A stretch of 64,000 nt of DNA from a virus: the IMG/VR virus record IMGVR_UViG_3300045988_074874. One strand, 5' to 3'. Each line of letters begins with the position of its first letter. Position 1 is the stretch's first letter. The notes beneath the pieces were generated by a model that did not search any database, had not been told where the DNA came from, and was given only the letters and a program-made list of their open reading frames with translations. Both the position numbers and the translations under genes were made by a program. This document shows, piece by piece, positions 25,386 through 35,750 of this stretch.

Positions 25386-28052
25386 ATGGCCGATAATACC
25401 ATAGATACCCTCAATATACAAATAGAGAGTAGTTCTTCCAGAGCTGTTCAATCTATCAACGACCTTATTAAAAAGCTAGATGTATTGAATAAATCTTTGA
25501 ATGGCATTAATACTGGTGGGTTGAGAAATTATGCTAAAGAGCTTGGGCGAGTTACCGTTGCTTTCAGTTCTCTTGGAAATGTCAATACGTCTGGCTTAGA
25601 TCGTACCATAGCAAAACTGAATGCTCTCAGCAAAATCAACCTGAGTAATCTGCAAAATCAGAAAATAAGTCTTGACCTCGAAATTAAAGGTGGAGATCAG
25701 ACGCAAAAATTGCAGTACGCCATCGACAAAACCATTCGAGATATAAAAGTTGACACGTCATCATTATCTGAACAACTCATTAAGTCATTTGACCTTAAAG
25801 GTGGAGCGGCGGCTAAAATTCGCGCTCAGATGAATGAGCTGTCCAAAGCTATGGCAAGCTCTTATGACGGAACAGATATGTCTGCAAAACTCAACGATAC
25901 GCTTAACAGCATTGCTAACACTATTATCAAAAGCGGAAGTGTTGTTAAGGGAAATTTAGGATCATATCTTGATGGTGCTGAACAGGAATGGATTGATTTC
26001 TATAATTTCTTTAAGAATAAAAGAATTTATATTTCTGACATGCTCAAAGCAGATGTCGGAAACGGTGAATTCAATAGCTTACTGAAGGAAAATCTGAGCA
26101 ATATTGTGCGTGATGCCGCAAAAGGAATAAATCTCAATGAATCATGGGAAGAATTGGCAGACAGATTTCCTACTCTGATTCCTAAAGATACAATCAATGC
26201 CGCAGATCAGTTGATTGCTGTTCTTGAAAACCTCAAAAAAGTAAGAGATTCTATTAAGCCTGTTTCAATTCAAGACCTTACCGGCAAGGATTCAGCTATA
26301 GCATCAGATAAGGCATGGGGGTTCAGCACAGACGCATACAATCAATTAGCCGAGAGTGTAAAGAAACACATTGAAAGTGCTTTAAGTACCGCAAACGGTG
26401 AACTTCCAATTGATGTAAAAATCAATACAGATAAAATTGTCCTTGATATTCAGAAAGCAATCAATAAAGCGGCAGACCTGAAATACAATACTGTCAATGT
26501 AACTCTGGATGCAGATGTTACGACAGTAAAAGACGCAATCACAAAGAAATTAAAAGATATTGATGCCGGAGAAATGACTGATTTATCTACCAGTATGGCA
26601 AAATTTGCAACCTCTCTCCGCGATCTGGGAAGTGTGAATTTCAAAGGGACTGGATTGAACGCAGTGATTAATTCCATTAATCGTCTTGGAAAATCCGATT
26701 TCAGTCAGTTTGATACAGGGAAATTGGGTGAAATTCTTACTGAGATGCAGAAACTTGATACTATTCCAGACGTTTCTCCGAGCGTTAGCCGGTTCACAAC
26801 CGCTATAGCTAAACTTGCCGACACAGGACAGTATATCGGCAATGTATCAAAGGAACTTCCGAATCTTGCGACAGGTTTAAATAATACGGCTGCTAAATTA
26901 AGCTCTATGAGCGAGGTATCAGCATCCACCAATGCTTTTATTACTTCTCTTGGAAAATTAGCTAGTGCAGGAGATAAAACTGGAAAGACTGCAAGCCAAT
27001 TATCAACTCTTGCACAAGAGGTTTTGAAGTTTTTTGACGCAATGAAAAGCGCACCAGATATCAGCTCAAGCACAATAAGAATGACAGAAGCTCTTGCAGT
27101 ATTAGCATCGTCTGGAAGCAAAGTAGGGCGTGCTACAAATAGCGTTTCGAATTCATTTAACACGCTTTCTTCGTTAGGTTCGAAAGCAAATACTGTAATC
27201 CATGGGTTGACAAATGCTTTTCAAAAATTTGCTTCAAAAGCTATTTCTTTAGGCGGAAAAGCCGTATCTGCAATCGCAGGTATTGGAAATGCATCTTCTG
27301 AAGCCGGCGAAAAAATAAGAAGATTGTCAAATCCTCTGAGTTCGGTAACGAATAAGTTGAGTGCTCTTTATGCCAAAGGTTTCCTCGCAAAAAGAGCATT
27401 AGATGTTCTGACATCGCCAGTAGAATCCGCAATGAACTATGTAGAGACCCTGAATTACTTCAACTCTGCATTCAATCAGGTGGCAGAAGGAATCGACACT
27501 GACGAATGGAAGAAAAGTGGTATAAAATCTGCTGAAGCATATGCAAATTCATTCCAAGAAAGAGCAAAACAGCTTTCGCAGAAACTGACAGGATTCGAAA
27601 TTTCAGATACTGGCGAATTGGCTAGAACCAATACCGCCAGTCTTGGACTTGACCCAGAAAAGACTATGCAGTATCAGGCAACATTTGCGCAGATGGCATC
27701 ATCTATGGGCGATACATCAGAGACTGCATTAAAATTGTCTAATGCACTCACTATGATTGGTGCAGACCTTGCATCTGTAAGAAATATGGACTTTGAAGAT
27801 GTATGGCAGGACATGGCATCTGGTTTGACTGGTATGAGCCGCGCTATGGATAAGTACGGCATTAATATCCGTAATGCCAACATGCAACAGGAACTGTATA
27901 ATCTTGGAATTAATACCAGCATATCGAATTTGTCTCAGGCAGATAAAACGATTCTGAGAACGATTATATTGCTGAACAACTCTAAGTATGCGTGGGCTGA
28001 TTTATCAAACACGATAGACGATGGTTTTTGCGAACTATCATTTGTCGCCTAA
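25386..28052 (+). CDS. tape measure protein, N-terminal part (exon 1; last ~9 codons probably intron read-through)
   Basis: Long Ala/Ser/Leu/Lys-rich helical protein; ends ...YAWADLSNTIDD just before the canonical PANQ-x-R motif that resumes at 29276. Confidence 0.55.
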   Translation: MADNTIDTLNIQIESSSSRAVQSINDLIKKLDVLNKSLNGINTGGLRNYAKELGRVTVAFSSLGNVNTSGLDRTIAKLNALSKINLSNLQNQKISLDLEIKGGDQTQKLQYAIDKTIRDIKVDTSSLSEQLIKSFDLKGGAAAKIRAQMNELSKAMASSYDGTDMSAKLNDTLNSIANTIIKSGSVVKGNLGSYLDGAEQEWIDFYNFFKNKRIYISDMLKADVGNGEFNSLLKENLSNIVRDAAKGINLNESWEELADRFPTLIPKDTINAADQLIAVLENLKKVRDSIKPVSIQDLTGKDSAIASDKAWGFSTDAYNQLAESVKKHIESALSTANGELPIDVKINTDKIVLDIQKAINKAADLKYNTVNVTLDADVTTVKDAITKKLKDIDAGEMTDLSTSMAKFATSLRDLGSVNFKGTGLNAVINSINRLGKSDFSQFDTGKLGEILTEMQKLDTIPDVSPSVSRFTTAIAKLADTGQYIGNVSKELPNLATGLNNTAAKLSSMSEVSASTNAFITSLGKLASAGDKTGKTASQLSTLAQEVLKFFDAMKSAPDISSSTIRMTEALAVLASSGSKVGRATNSVSNSFNTLSSLGSKANTVIHGLTNAFQKFASKAISLGGKAVSAIAGIGNASSEAGEKIRRLSNPLSSVTNKLSALYAKGFLAKRALDVLTSPVESAMNYVETLNYFNSAFNQVAEGIDTDEWKKSGIKSAEAYANSFQERAKQLSQKLTGFEISDTGELARTNTASLGLDPEKTMQYQATFAQMASSMGDTSETALKLSNALTMIGADLASVRNMDFEDVWQDMASGLTGMSRAMDKYGINIRNANMQQELYNLGINTSISNLSQADKTILRTIILLNNSKYAWADLSNTIDDGFCELSFVA

Positions 28053-29272
28053 CATAGTAATGTGTTAGTGAAAATCGAGTAAAATCGGTAAAACCTGTAC
28101 TGAATACTGTATTTGTGTTATAATAAATACAGGTGATATGATTGAAAAAAGAATTTGTAATTTATACAGCAACTAATAAAATCAACGGGAAAATATACGT
28201 TGGAAAAACTTATAATTTTGAAAAAAGAAGAAAAGAGCATTTTTATGACATTAATGATGATATTCCTTTCCATAGAGCTTTAAAGAAATATGGAATTGAA
28301 AATTTTGAATGGAAAATCATTGATTGTGCCAAAACCGATGATGAAATAAAGGAAAAAGAAATATACTGGATAAAAAAGCTTAATACATGTATTCATTCAA
28401 AAAACTCAAATGGGTACAATATAACATTGGGTGGCGAAGGCGGTGTTTCGTGGAATTCACTTCCGGTTATTCAGTATGACTTAGATGGGAATTATATTCA
28501 AGAATTTCTAAGCTGCCAACATGCTTCAGTATGTACTGGAATAGGGCGCCATAATATAGGAGATTGTGCCAATGGAATTACTAAACAATCTGGTGGTTAT
28601 CAATGGAGATACAAAGTCGAAAATAAAATTGACTCCATAGAAGCGTATCAAAGGGCAGAATCACCTCGCAAAAGAAGTATCATACAGCTAGATCTTGATG
28701 GAAATTTTATAAACACTTTCAATTCCGTAACAGAAGCAAGCAAAAAGATTGGAATAGGAAGAGCTAATATATCTTCTTGTTTAACTGGTAAAATAAAAAG
28801 AAGTGGTGGTTATCAATGGATTTACGCAGATAACTATGACGAAAATCAAAATTATAAGTTTAAAGGAATATCAGAGGGTAATGGAATATTCCAATTAGAT
28901 CAGAACAAGAAAATAATAAATCATTTTAATAATTGTTCTGAAGCAGCGAGGTTTCTAGGAGAAGAAACAAAAGTACACAAACAAATTCATAAAGCAATAA
29001 ACACCGGCCACAAATGTAGAGGATTCTACTGGTGCAAGTGTGATGATTATATCAATATTCAGCATGGCAATACCGAGGTAATCGCATAGATAGCGAAAGG
29101 CTATGCGACACCGTAGAGCGTAGGAGATGAATAAATATAATTCTCCCAAGAGTGCTCGACAACCATAAGACGTAGAAATACGTCTTATTTTTATGGTTGA
29201 AAATGTACGCCGACCTTATGGGAAACCATAAGAAGTAGAGGATAAAAAGCCTTTACGATAACAAAGTGAAAT
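28023..29272 (+). mobile_element. candidate group I intron carrying a GIY-YIG homing endonuclease, splitting the tape measure gene (boundaries approximate)
   Basis: The conserved TMP motif ...TIDD | (N)QPANQIRMLQSNFASLGRTIG is restored across a 1.25 kb interruption; ~300 nt of non-ORF sequence with hairpins flanks the HEG ORF. Confidence 0.35.
28142..29089 (+). CDS. GIY-YIG homing endonuclease with repeated GGYQW DNA-binding modules (TTG start)
   Basis: FVIYTATNKINGKIYVGKTYNFEKRRKEH is the GIY-YIG motif; three NUMOD-like repeats (SGGYQWRYK, SGGYQWIY); embedded in the TMP gene. Confidence 0.7.
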   Translation: MKKEFVIYTATNKINGKIYVGKTYNFEKRRKEHFYDINDDIPFHRALKKYGIENFEWKIIDCAKTDDEIKEKEIYWIKKLNTCIHSKNSNGYNITLGGEGGVSWNSLPVIQYDLDGNYIQEFLSCQHASVCTGIGRHNIGDCANGITKQSGGYQWRYKVENKIDSIEAYQRAESPRKRSIIQLDLDGNFINTFNSVTEASKKIGIGRANISSCLTGKIKRSGGYQWIYADNYDENQNYKFKGISEGNGIFQLDQNKKIINHFNNCSEAARFLGEETKVHKQIHKAINTGHKCRGFYWCKCDDYINIQHGNTEVIA

Positions 29273-29293
29273 CAACCGGCAAATCAGATTCGC

Positions 29294-32200
29294 ATGCTTC
29301 AATCTAACTTTGCATCCCTTGGTAGAACAATAGGTTCCTTGTTCATTCCTATACTGCAAACAGTACTTCCATATATCAATGCAATTGTAATCGCATTACA
29401 AAGAATGTTTGCTTATATTGCAAAATTGCTTGGAATCAAACTGTCAAACTTTGTATCATCTACTGGTGGTATTTCTGTAAATACCGGAGATATTGCAGAT
29501 AATATGGATAATGCCAGTGGTGCAATTGACAATGCCAATACCAGTGCAAAAAAACTCGAAAAAACATTGTCAGTTCTTTCATTTGATGAACTGAATCAGC
29601 TTAATGACAATTCTGATTCTGGTAGTACAAGTAATCCATCTTCTGGCTCTGGCGGTGGCGCATCACATCTTCCGGCGCTTGATGCTGCTTTAGATGATGC
29701 TTTATCTGCATATCAAAAAGCATGGGACGAAGCTTTTAAAAAGATGTCCAATAGGGCAAATGAAATGGCAGATGCCATTGTAAATGCCTTTAAGAGAAAA
29801 GACTGGAAAGGTCTTGGAAAAATCATGGCTGATGGCATCAACTGGGGGATGCAAAAGCTTTATGATTTCATTAACTGGAATAACGTAGGTCCTTACATCA
29901 CTAAATTCACCAGTGCGTTCACCCAGACTTTCAACAGCCTTGTTGATAATATCAACTGGGATTTGATGGGACGTACCGTTGGAGCTGGTATTAATACAAT
30001 AGTTAATACAGCCAATCAGTTACTTGAGGGAACGAATTTCAAAAACCTTGGTAAGAAATTTGCAGAAGGTATTACAGGCTTAGTTCGTGAAGTTGATTGG
30101 ACTAATTTTGGAAACATGCTTGGAAACAATTTTATGAAAGCATGGGATGTGCTTACGGGATTTGTCGAAAACCTTCCATATAGTGAAATTGGTCAGTCTG
30201 TAGCAACTGGATTAAATGGAATCTTTGAGAAAGTAGATTTTGGAGAAATAGCACATGCGCTTGCAACAGGTTTAAACGGAGCTTTTGATTCGTTAGATGC
30301 ATTTACAGAAACATTCGACTGGAATGAACTGGTTGATAATATTACAAATGGTATTGTGACATTCATGCAGGAATTTGACTGGAAAGAGAATGGACAGAAA
30401 CTTGAAAATTTTATCAATCATCTCTTAACATCATTAATTGACATCGCAGAAGGTGTTGATTGGGAAGCGTTTGGACACAATGTAGGCGTATTCCTCAGTG
30501 AAATTGACTGGGGAAAACATCTTGCACAGTTACTTACGGTTATCGGAGACGTTCTTGGTGGAATCTGGGAAGGACTTGGAACAACATCTGCTGGCACATT
30601 TGTTCAGGCAATGGCTGTTTTTGCTATTGGTGACAAATTAATGCCACTCGTTGACACCATTACCAAATTCTTTACAGGCGATACTGTTTTTGGAAATCTT
30701 TCTAAAGCTGTACAAGGTATGCTGAGTCCCGCAATCACAGAAGCTGTAGCGACAACTATTCCAGCTCTTGGTACTTCCTTGGGTGCGCTTGTGGCAACTG
30801 GTGGTGGAATTGCTCTTGCAGTAGGTGGTGCAGTATTACTTACCAAGAAATTAGCAGGACTTTTTGAGACCATGCAAGGTGGTAATGGAATGACTACACA
30901 GTATGGTGGTTATCTCCATGATTACGCAACACAGCTGACTGATGTAGCGAATCTTACAAACGATCAATCGGAAGCGTTGTGGCAGCTGATTGAGAAGGAT
31001 GAAGAACTTGGAAAAACTCACGATGAAATGTACTCTGATATGGTTGAAAAGCTTAAAGAATACGGAGTGTCCACAGATCAGGCAAAAACCGCTCTTGAGC
31101 AGTATGGCGCACAGGCAGGTGTATCGGCTGAATTTGTTGAAGGCATGACCGATCAAATTTCTGCTCTTGGAGAAGGTGTGTCTGAAGCTGCAAGTAAATT
31201 TGATACATCAAAAATAAGTGTCGATAATTTGAAAGATACTCTGTACGCATTGAGCCTTTCTTCTACAGAATTCGGAGGTAATTATACGACGGCATGGAAT
31301 GCAATAAGCGAAGTACCTTATAGCAACACAAAAGATGCATTAGACGCGGTCTACACTTCTCTCAAAAACGCAGGTGTTCCACTTGACGAACTTGATAAGA
31401 AGTTAAGAGAAGATTTTCCAGAAGCAACTGTAGCTACTAAATCAGCAGTAGACAAGAATATTGTTGGAGCGCAGCAGACTATTTCAACATCAGTTGGACA
31501 AGCATCTAAAGATACAAAGACAGCCACAAATGAAATGGCAAAAAATGCCACAGATGATTTCTCGGAAATTCAGAAACAAGCCGATACTTACATGAAAGGC
31601 ATGGAAAGCACAACTACTAGCTCATGGGGCAACTCTTCCAGAGAAGCTACATTGAAAGCCAGGGAAATGAAGAATGCCGTAAGCACAGAACTCGGGAACA
31701 TGGACAAATCTGTAACAAGCCATTTCCAAAGTCAGTACAACATTGCTTATAAGAAATGGGAGAATATCGGAAGAGATATTTCTTCCTACATTTCAAAGGA
31801 CATGAACAACAAAATTGGCAGTTCCTTGAACAGTGTTGTAGATACAATCAAGAGCAAGTTTGCCGGGTTGTATAATGTCGGCAAAAATGCAATGCAAGAA
31901 CTGTCAAACGGCATGAAATCTGTCCATATCAGTACACCGCATATGTGGATGAACATGAACGCTTCCACAAGCGGAAACCACTATTCCTACAACTGGGATT
32001 CTGGTGTAAACTGGTACAAGAGAGGCGGTCTGTTTGATTCCGCATCTGTTATCGGTGTCGGTGAAGCCGGAAAAGAAGCTGTATTACCGCTTGAAAACCA
32101 AAAGGCTATGAAGGATATAGCCGACAGCATTATGTCTGGCTATGACGGCAATATGGGTCTCAGCAAGGAAGACATTATGGAAGCTGTTGAGCGTGGCGTA

Positions 32201-32353
32201 GTTACTGCTTTGATGAACAATGGTGGCTTTGGTGGTTCTTCACCAGAGTACATCATGAACAGCATAAAAGTGAACGAGCGTGAACTGGCACGAATCGTCA
32301 CAAAAGCGCAAAATAATACAGATTACCGTATGAATCCGTCACCTGTGTATTGA
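29294..32353 (+). CDS. tape measure protein, C-terminal part (exon 2 probably begins near 29270)
   Basis: In-frame upstream codons read NQPANQIRM, the canonical TMP motif; TM helices then a long repetitive region. Confidence 0.55.
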   Translation: MLQSNFASLGRTIGSLFIPILQTVLPYINAIVIALQRMFAYIAKLLGIKLSNFVSSTGGISVNTGDIADNMDNASGAIDNANTSAKKLEKTLSVLSFDELNQLNDNSDSGSTSNPSSGSGGGASHLPALDAALDDALSAYQKAWDEAFKKMSNRANEMADAIVNAFKRKDWKGLGKIMADGINWGMQKLYDFINWNNVGPYITKFTSAFTQTFNSLVDNINWDLMGRTVGAGINTIVNTANQLLEGTNFKNLGKKFAEGITGLVREVDWTNFGNMLGNNFMKAWDVLTGFVENLPYSEIGQSVATGLNGIFEKVDFGEIAHALATGLNGAFDSLDAFTETFDWNELVDNITNGIVTFMQEFDWKENGQKLENFINHLLTSLIDIAEGVDWEAFGHNVGVFLSEIDWGKHLAQLLTVIGDVLGGIWEGLGTTSAGTFVQAMAVFAIGDKLMPLVDTITKFFTGDTVFGNLSKAVQGMLSPAITEAVATTIPALGTSLGALVATGGGIALAVGGAVLLTKKLAGLFETMQGGNGMTTQYGGYLHDYATQLTDVANLTNDQSEALWQLIEKDEELGKTHDEMYSDMVEKLKEYGVSTDQAKTALEQYGAQAGVSAEFVEGMTDQISALGEGVSEAASKFDTSKISVDNLKDTLYALSLSSTEFGGNYTTAWNAISEVPYSNTKDALDAVYTSLKNAGVPLDELDKKLREDFPEATVATKSAVDKNIVGAQQTISTSVGQASKDTKTATNEMAKNATDDFSEIQKQADTYMKGMESTTTSSWGNSSREATLKAREMKNAVSTELGNMDKSVTSHFQSQYNIAYKKWENIGRDISSYISKDMNNKIGSSLNSVVDTIKSKFAGLYNVGKNAMQELSNGMKSVHISTPHMWMNMNASTSGNHYSYNWDSGVNWYKRGGLFDSASVIGVGEAGKEAVLPLENQKAMKDIADSIMSGYDGNMGLSKEDIMEAVERGVVTALMNNGGFGGSSPEYIMNSIKVNERELARIVTKAQNNTDYRMNPSPVY

Positions 32354-32403
32354 TTTTACGGTATGGATGTGGTAATATGATAAATGCATAAACGTTAAGA
32401 AAA

Positions 32404-32464
32404 GAGCACACTAAAGATGAAACGAGGGAAAAAACTCACGATTCTTTGGTGTGCTCTTTTTTTG
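32404..32464 (+). terminator. terminator after tape measure (14-bp stem, 25-nt loop, T7)
   Basis: GAGCACACTAAAGA pairs with TCTTTGGTGTGCTC, followed by TTTTTTTG. Confidence 0.55.
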
Positions 32465-32578
32465 TTTGGTAAAACCAACAGGCTAGACCGATCATCGAAA
32501 AGCGGAAATGCCTTGCCGCCTGCCTGTTGATTTACATACATTTCAAGGCATCTTATATACGAAAGGCAGGTATTTTCT

Positions 32579-33784
32579 ATGGAAAGAATTCCTATTAGTA
32601 AGAAAATTAGATTTGAAGTATTTAAAAGAGATCAATTTACATGTCAGTACTGTGGACGCATGGCTCCAGATGTAATATTAGAAGTTGACCATATCGATCC
32701 AGTGGCAGAAGGCGGCACCAATGATATTATGAATTTAATCACATCATGCCGGGATTGTAATAGAGGGAAAGGCAAAAATAAACTTTCCGATAAAAAAATT
32801 ATATCATTGCAACAACAATCTTTAAAAGAATTAGCTGAAAAAAGAGAGCAGCTCGAAATGGTTGCTGAATGGAAGAAAGAATTGTTGAATTACAACACCC
32901 AAGCAATTAATATGCTTTCAGATTATTTTGAGCAATTAACTGGTTCTAGTGTGAACGAACATGGCAGAAATAATATTAATGTATGGTTAAAACGTTTTGG
33001 AGTAGAAAAAATAATGACTGCCATGGAAAATTCTGTAAAAACATATTGTAAAGAGTTTTCATATGAAGAAATTGAAAAAGCTTTTAAAAAGATTCCTGGA
33101 GTTTGTATAAATTGTGAAAAAGGAAATAGTTCGCAAATTTATTATTTTAATTACATAAAGAAAGTCCTTAACTCCAAGAATATAAAATTTGATTTGAAGT
33201 TATTGAAATATTATGTCGATACTTATTTGGTTTCCGATGATGCTTTCGAAGAAGAGAAAAAAACGAAAAGATATATTAAAATGTTCGAAAATAGAAAATT
33301 TGATATTAGCATAAAAAAAGTACAAGACAGAATTATGCAAAATTGTTATATACCTATGGGTGACATTGACTGTAAGAAAACGATTGAAAATCTTAAATAT
33401 GGTTTAAATACGAATCATAAAGGATATTTTTTCTCGGACAGGTATTCGCTTCAGAACAGAATTGATTTAAAACCATACGTTAAAAATTTTATTGAATTTA
33501 TTGAAGAATTTTACAAAGAATATTACAACACATTTAACGAACCTCATCCCAAATTAACCATCGAACAATGTTTAAAATTATTGAACAGATATGCTTGGAA
33601 TGCGTATTGGGGCTTAGCGACCAAAGAAACTTATCGTAATATGTCTTTTGTTCTTTCGATTGGAAAAGAGATGAATTCGAAAGTTCGAATAATGGAAGCC
33701 ATGTCCGCTTGCGGCACGGGGATATGCCGGGAAAAATATGAAGAATATGAATCAGAAAAGGGTACACATAAATTTGAATGTTGA
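32579..33784 (+). CDS. HNH endonuclease (free-standing, 401 aa)
   Basis: N-terminal CQYCG...DHIDPVAEGGTNDIMNLITSCRDCNRGKG HNH motif. Confidence 0.65.
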   Translation: MERIPISKKIRFEVFKRDQFTCQYCGRMAPDVILEVDHIDPVAEGGTNDIMNLITSCRDCNRGKGKNKLSDKKIISLQQQSLKELAEKREQLEMVAEWKKELLNYNTQAINMLSDYFEQLTGSSVNEHGRNNINVWLKRFGVEKIMTAMENSVKTYCKEFSYEEIEKAFKKIPGVCINCEKGNSSQIYYFNYIKKVLNSKNIKFDLKLLKYYVDTYLVSDDAFEEEKKTKRYIKMFENRKFDISIKKVQDRIMQNCYIPMGDIDCKKTIENLKYGLNTNHKGYFFSDRYSLQNRIDLKPYVKNFIEFIEEFYKEYYNTFNEPHPKLTIEQCLKLLNRYAWNAYWGLATKETYRNMSFVLSIGKEMNSKVRIMEAMSACGTGICREKYEEYESEKGTHKFEC

Positions 33785-33952
33785 TAATCATATTTTATAG
33801 ACGCAACAAAGACGCACTCAGGTAAAGGTTTAGGTATAGATATAGGTAAAGATATAGATAAAGAAAAAGATATAAATAATATAATAGTATCTAAGGATAC
33901 TATTCGTTTAACAAATCAATTATGTAAAGCAGAAATGAGAGGAGAAAGTTGA

Positions 33953-34240
33953 ATGCCAGTAGACAGACCATTGTTTGAACCGGGGGACATAGTAAAACAT
34001 TTCAAGAGAGAAACCGTCAGTGATTTGCGGAGCAATGATTACCTGTATAAGATTGTCGGCGAAGCAAAACATACAGAGACAGACGAACCGCTGATAATTT
34101 ACCGTGCTTTGTATGGAGAAAGAAAACTATATGCCAGACCACAAAAAATGTTTTACAGTTTGGTTGATAAAGAAAAATATCCAGATATTTCACAGAAATA
34201 CAGATTTGAAAAATATGAAGGACAGATATTCATTGAATAA
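33953..34240 (+). CDS. DUF1653-like small protein
   Basis: 95-aa ORF; family assignment by recollection only. Confidence 0.35.
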   Translation: MPVDRPLFEPGDIVKHFKRETVSDLRSNDYLYKIVGEAKHTETDEPLIIYRALYGERKLYARPQKMFYSLVDKEKYPDISQKYRFEKYEGQIFIE

Positions 34241-34352
34241 AACAACCTAAAATCTGTTTTAAATACAGAGGGCGATTATTTCCTCACATAGATGCTTCAA
34301 ATGGATTTTAGATGGAAAACGATACAATAATTAATTAGAAAGCGAGAAAGAA

Positions 34353-34682
34353 ATGAGTAGACTTGGAAAAGAAATGCCGGCAGAGTATTCAGACAGGTTT
34401 GATGAACTGAGACAAAATCGAGTAGAAGTCAGTTTTTACAAATATGACACGGCAAAAGATAATTTCGGTGAGAAATTGGTAAACGCCATAGAATCTCATG
34501 ATATGTGCGTCAAAAAATATCTTAAAACCGGCAACACGGAGTATCTTTGCGATGCTGCGAATTATTTGATGTTTGAATTCATGTATCCATCAATCAAAGG
34601 TGCATATTTCAAAGCTACTGACAGCGGAGAAAGTGCCGGAGTAGCTGGAACACCAATTAATCAGTTAAAGGAGAAGTGGTAA
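34353..34682 (+). CDS. hypothetical protein
   Basis: ORF. Confidence 0.4.
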   Translation: MSRLGKEMPAEYSDRFDELRQNRVEVSFYKYDTAKDNFGEKLVNAIESHDMCVKKYLKTGNTEYLCDAANYLMFEFMYPSIKGAYFKATDSGESAGVAGTPINQLKEKW

Positions 34683-34683
34683 A

Positions 34684-35316
34684 ATGAAAAAATTCAAAAA
34701 TGTGCTACTTGCAATTTTATGTTTGTTCCTCGTTACGGGAGCCACAGGATGTGCCCTGTTGGACGATACGCTCAATGATATCAAAGGCGATCTTGCTGGA
34801 AATGGATATACCATCCGCACATATGACAACTATGGCGAAAAGGTTATGACTACAGTCGGGGACAAAATCAACGTAAAAGGAAATCCGGTCAAAACAACAT
34901 CATACGACAGTGACGGTTCTGTGATTACTGGATATGAAATGTCGTCTGTAATTACCATCAACATTGACGGAAAAGAAATTCAGAGCTGCGGAGACACCTG
35001 TATATTCGAGCAAGACGGATTGGAACCGGATGTAGATTTTGAACAGACAGATATTTACAGTCAATCCACCGGAAAGATTGATGAAAATACATATATTGCC
35101 GGAATCGTAAACCAATATAAAAATTATTTTGGAAAATCCCGAGTGGTAGTTATTAAATCGCAACTCGGACAACCTATCACAGCATATTCTGGTGACGAGG
35201 TGTATTGGAAGATTCCGAAGAAATTACCTAAAATGACAAAACTTATGATCGACGGGAAAGCCCTTTATATTCACAGGGCAAACTTCCAGATTATTGACAC
35301 TGCGTTATTGAATTAA
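34684..35316 (+). CDS. lipoprotein (possible superinfection-exclusion type)
   Basis: Signal peptide with lipobox LVTGATGC. Confidence 0.5.
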   Translation: MKKFKNVLLAILCLFLVTGATGCALLDDTLNDIKGDLAGNGYTIRTYDNYGEKVMTTVGDKINVKGNPVKTTSYDSDGSVITGYEMSSVITINIDGKEIQSCGDTCIFEQDGLEPDVDFEQTDIYSQSTGKIDENTYIAGIVNQYKNYFGKSRVVVIKSQLGQPITAYSGDEVYWKIPKKLPKMTKLMIDGKALYIHRANFQIIDTALLN

Positions 35317-35332
35317 TAAGAGGTATATAAAA

Positions 35333-35641
35333 ATGCAGACTAATTATATTGAACTTGGAAGAAGTCGCTTTTTCAGGAACAAACAATTTGCCTACATAGA
35401 CACAATGGGATTTCTTGCTGATCGGATTTTTATAGAGAATAAAGTCCGAGTAAAATTCTGTGGGGACTACAAACACAGAGAGAAAAATTATGTTGTCGTA
35501 ATCTGCAAAGTAAAGGAAAAAGATGTACCTATGTTTTTGCAGGCACTGAAAGAATTAAAGAATCGGGCACTTCTTATGGGGAATACGGATTATGAGACAT
35601 TTTGCAAAGAACAAATCCGTTTAATGCAAAGCAAAATATAA
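35333..35641 (+). CDS. hypothetical protein
   Basis: ORF, RBS GAGGTATATAAAA. Confidence 0.4.
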   Translation: MQTNYIELGRSRFFRNKQFAYIDTMGFLADRIFIENKVRVKFCGDYKHREKNYVVVICKVKEKDVPMFLQALKELKNRALLMGNTDYETFCKEQIRLMQSKI

Positions 35642-35663
35642 CTTTTTCTTACTGAATCTCACC
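35641..35663 (+). promoter_or_regulatory. conserved motif copy 3 (ACTTTTTCTTACTGAATCTCACC), diverged
   Basis: Shares CTTTTTCTTACTGAAT with copies at 11555 and 23082; upstream of the tail-fibre/endolysin operon. Confidence 0.35.
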
Positions 35664-35750
35664 TTGTATATGTGATAAAATAAAGAATCATAAAGCGTCT
35701 ATCAGAGCGATAGGCGCTATTTTTATGCGATTTTTAAGGAAGGTGACAAA

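Noticed and set aside
26450-27922. Several minus-strand ORFs inside the tape-measure gene (26450-26677, 26705-27163, 27241-27432, 27674-27922)
   Set aside because: Antisense to the long tape-measure reading frame. The repetitive Ala/Ser-rich coding strand gives open reverse frames by chance.
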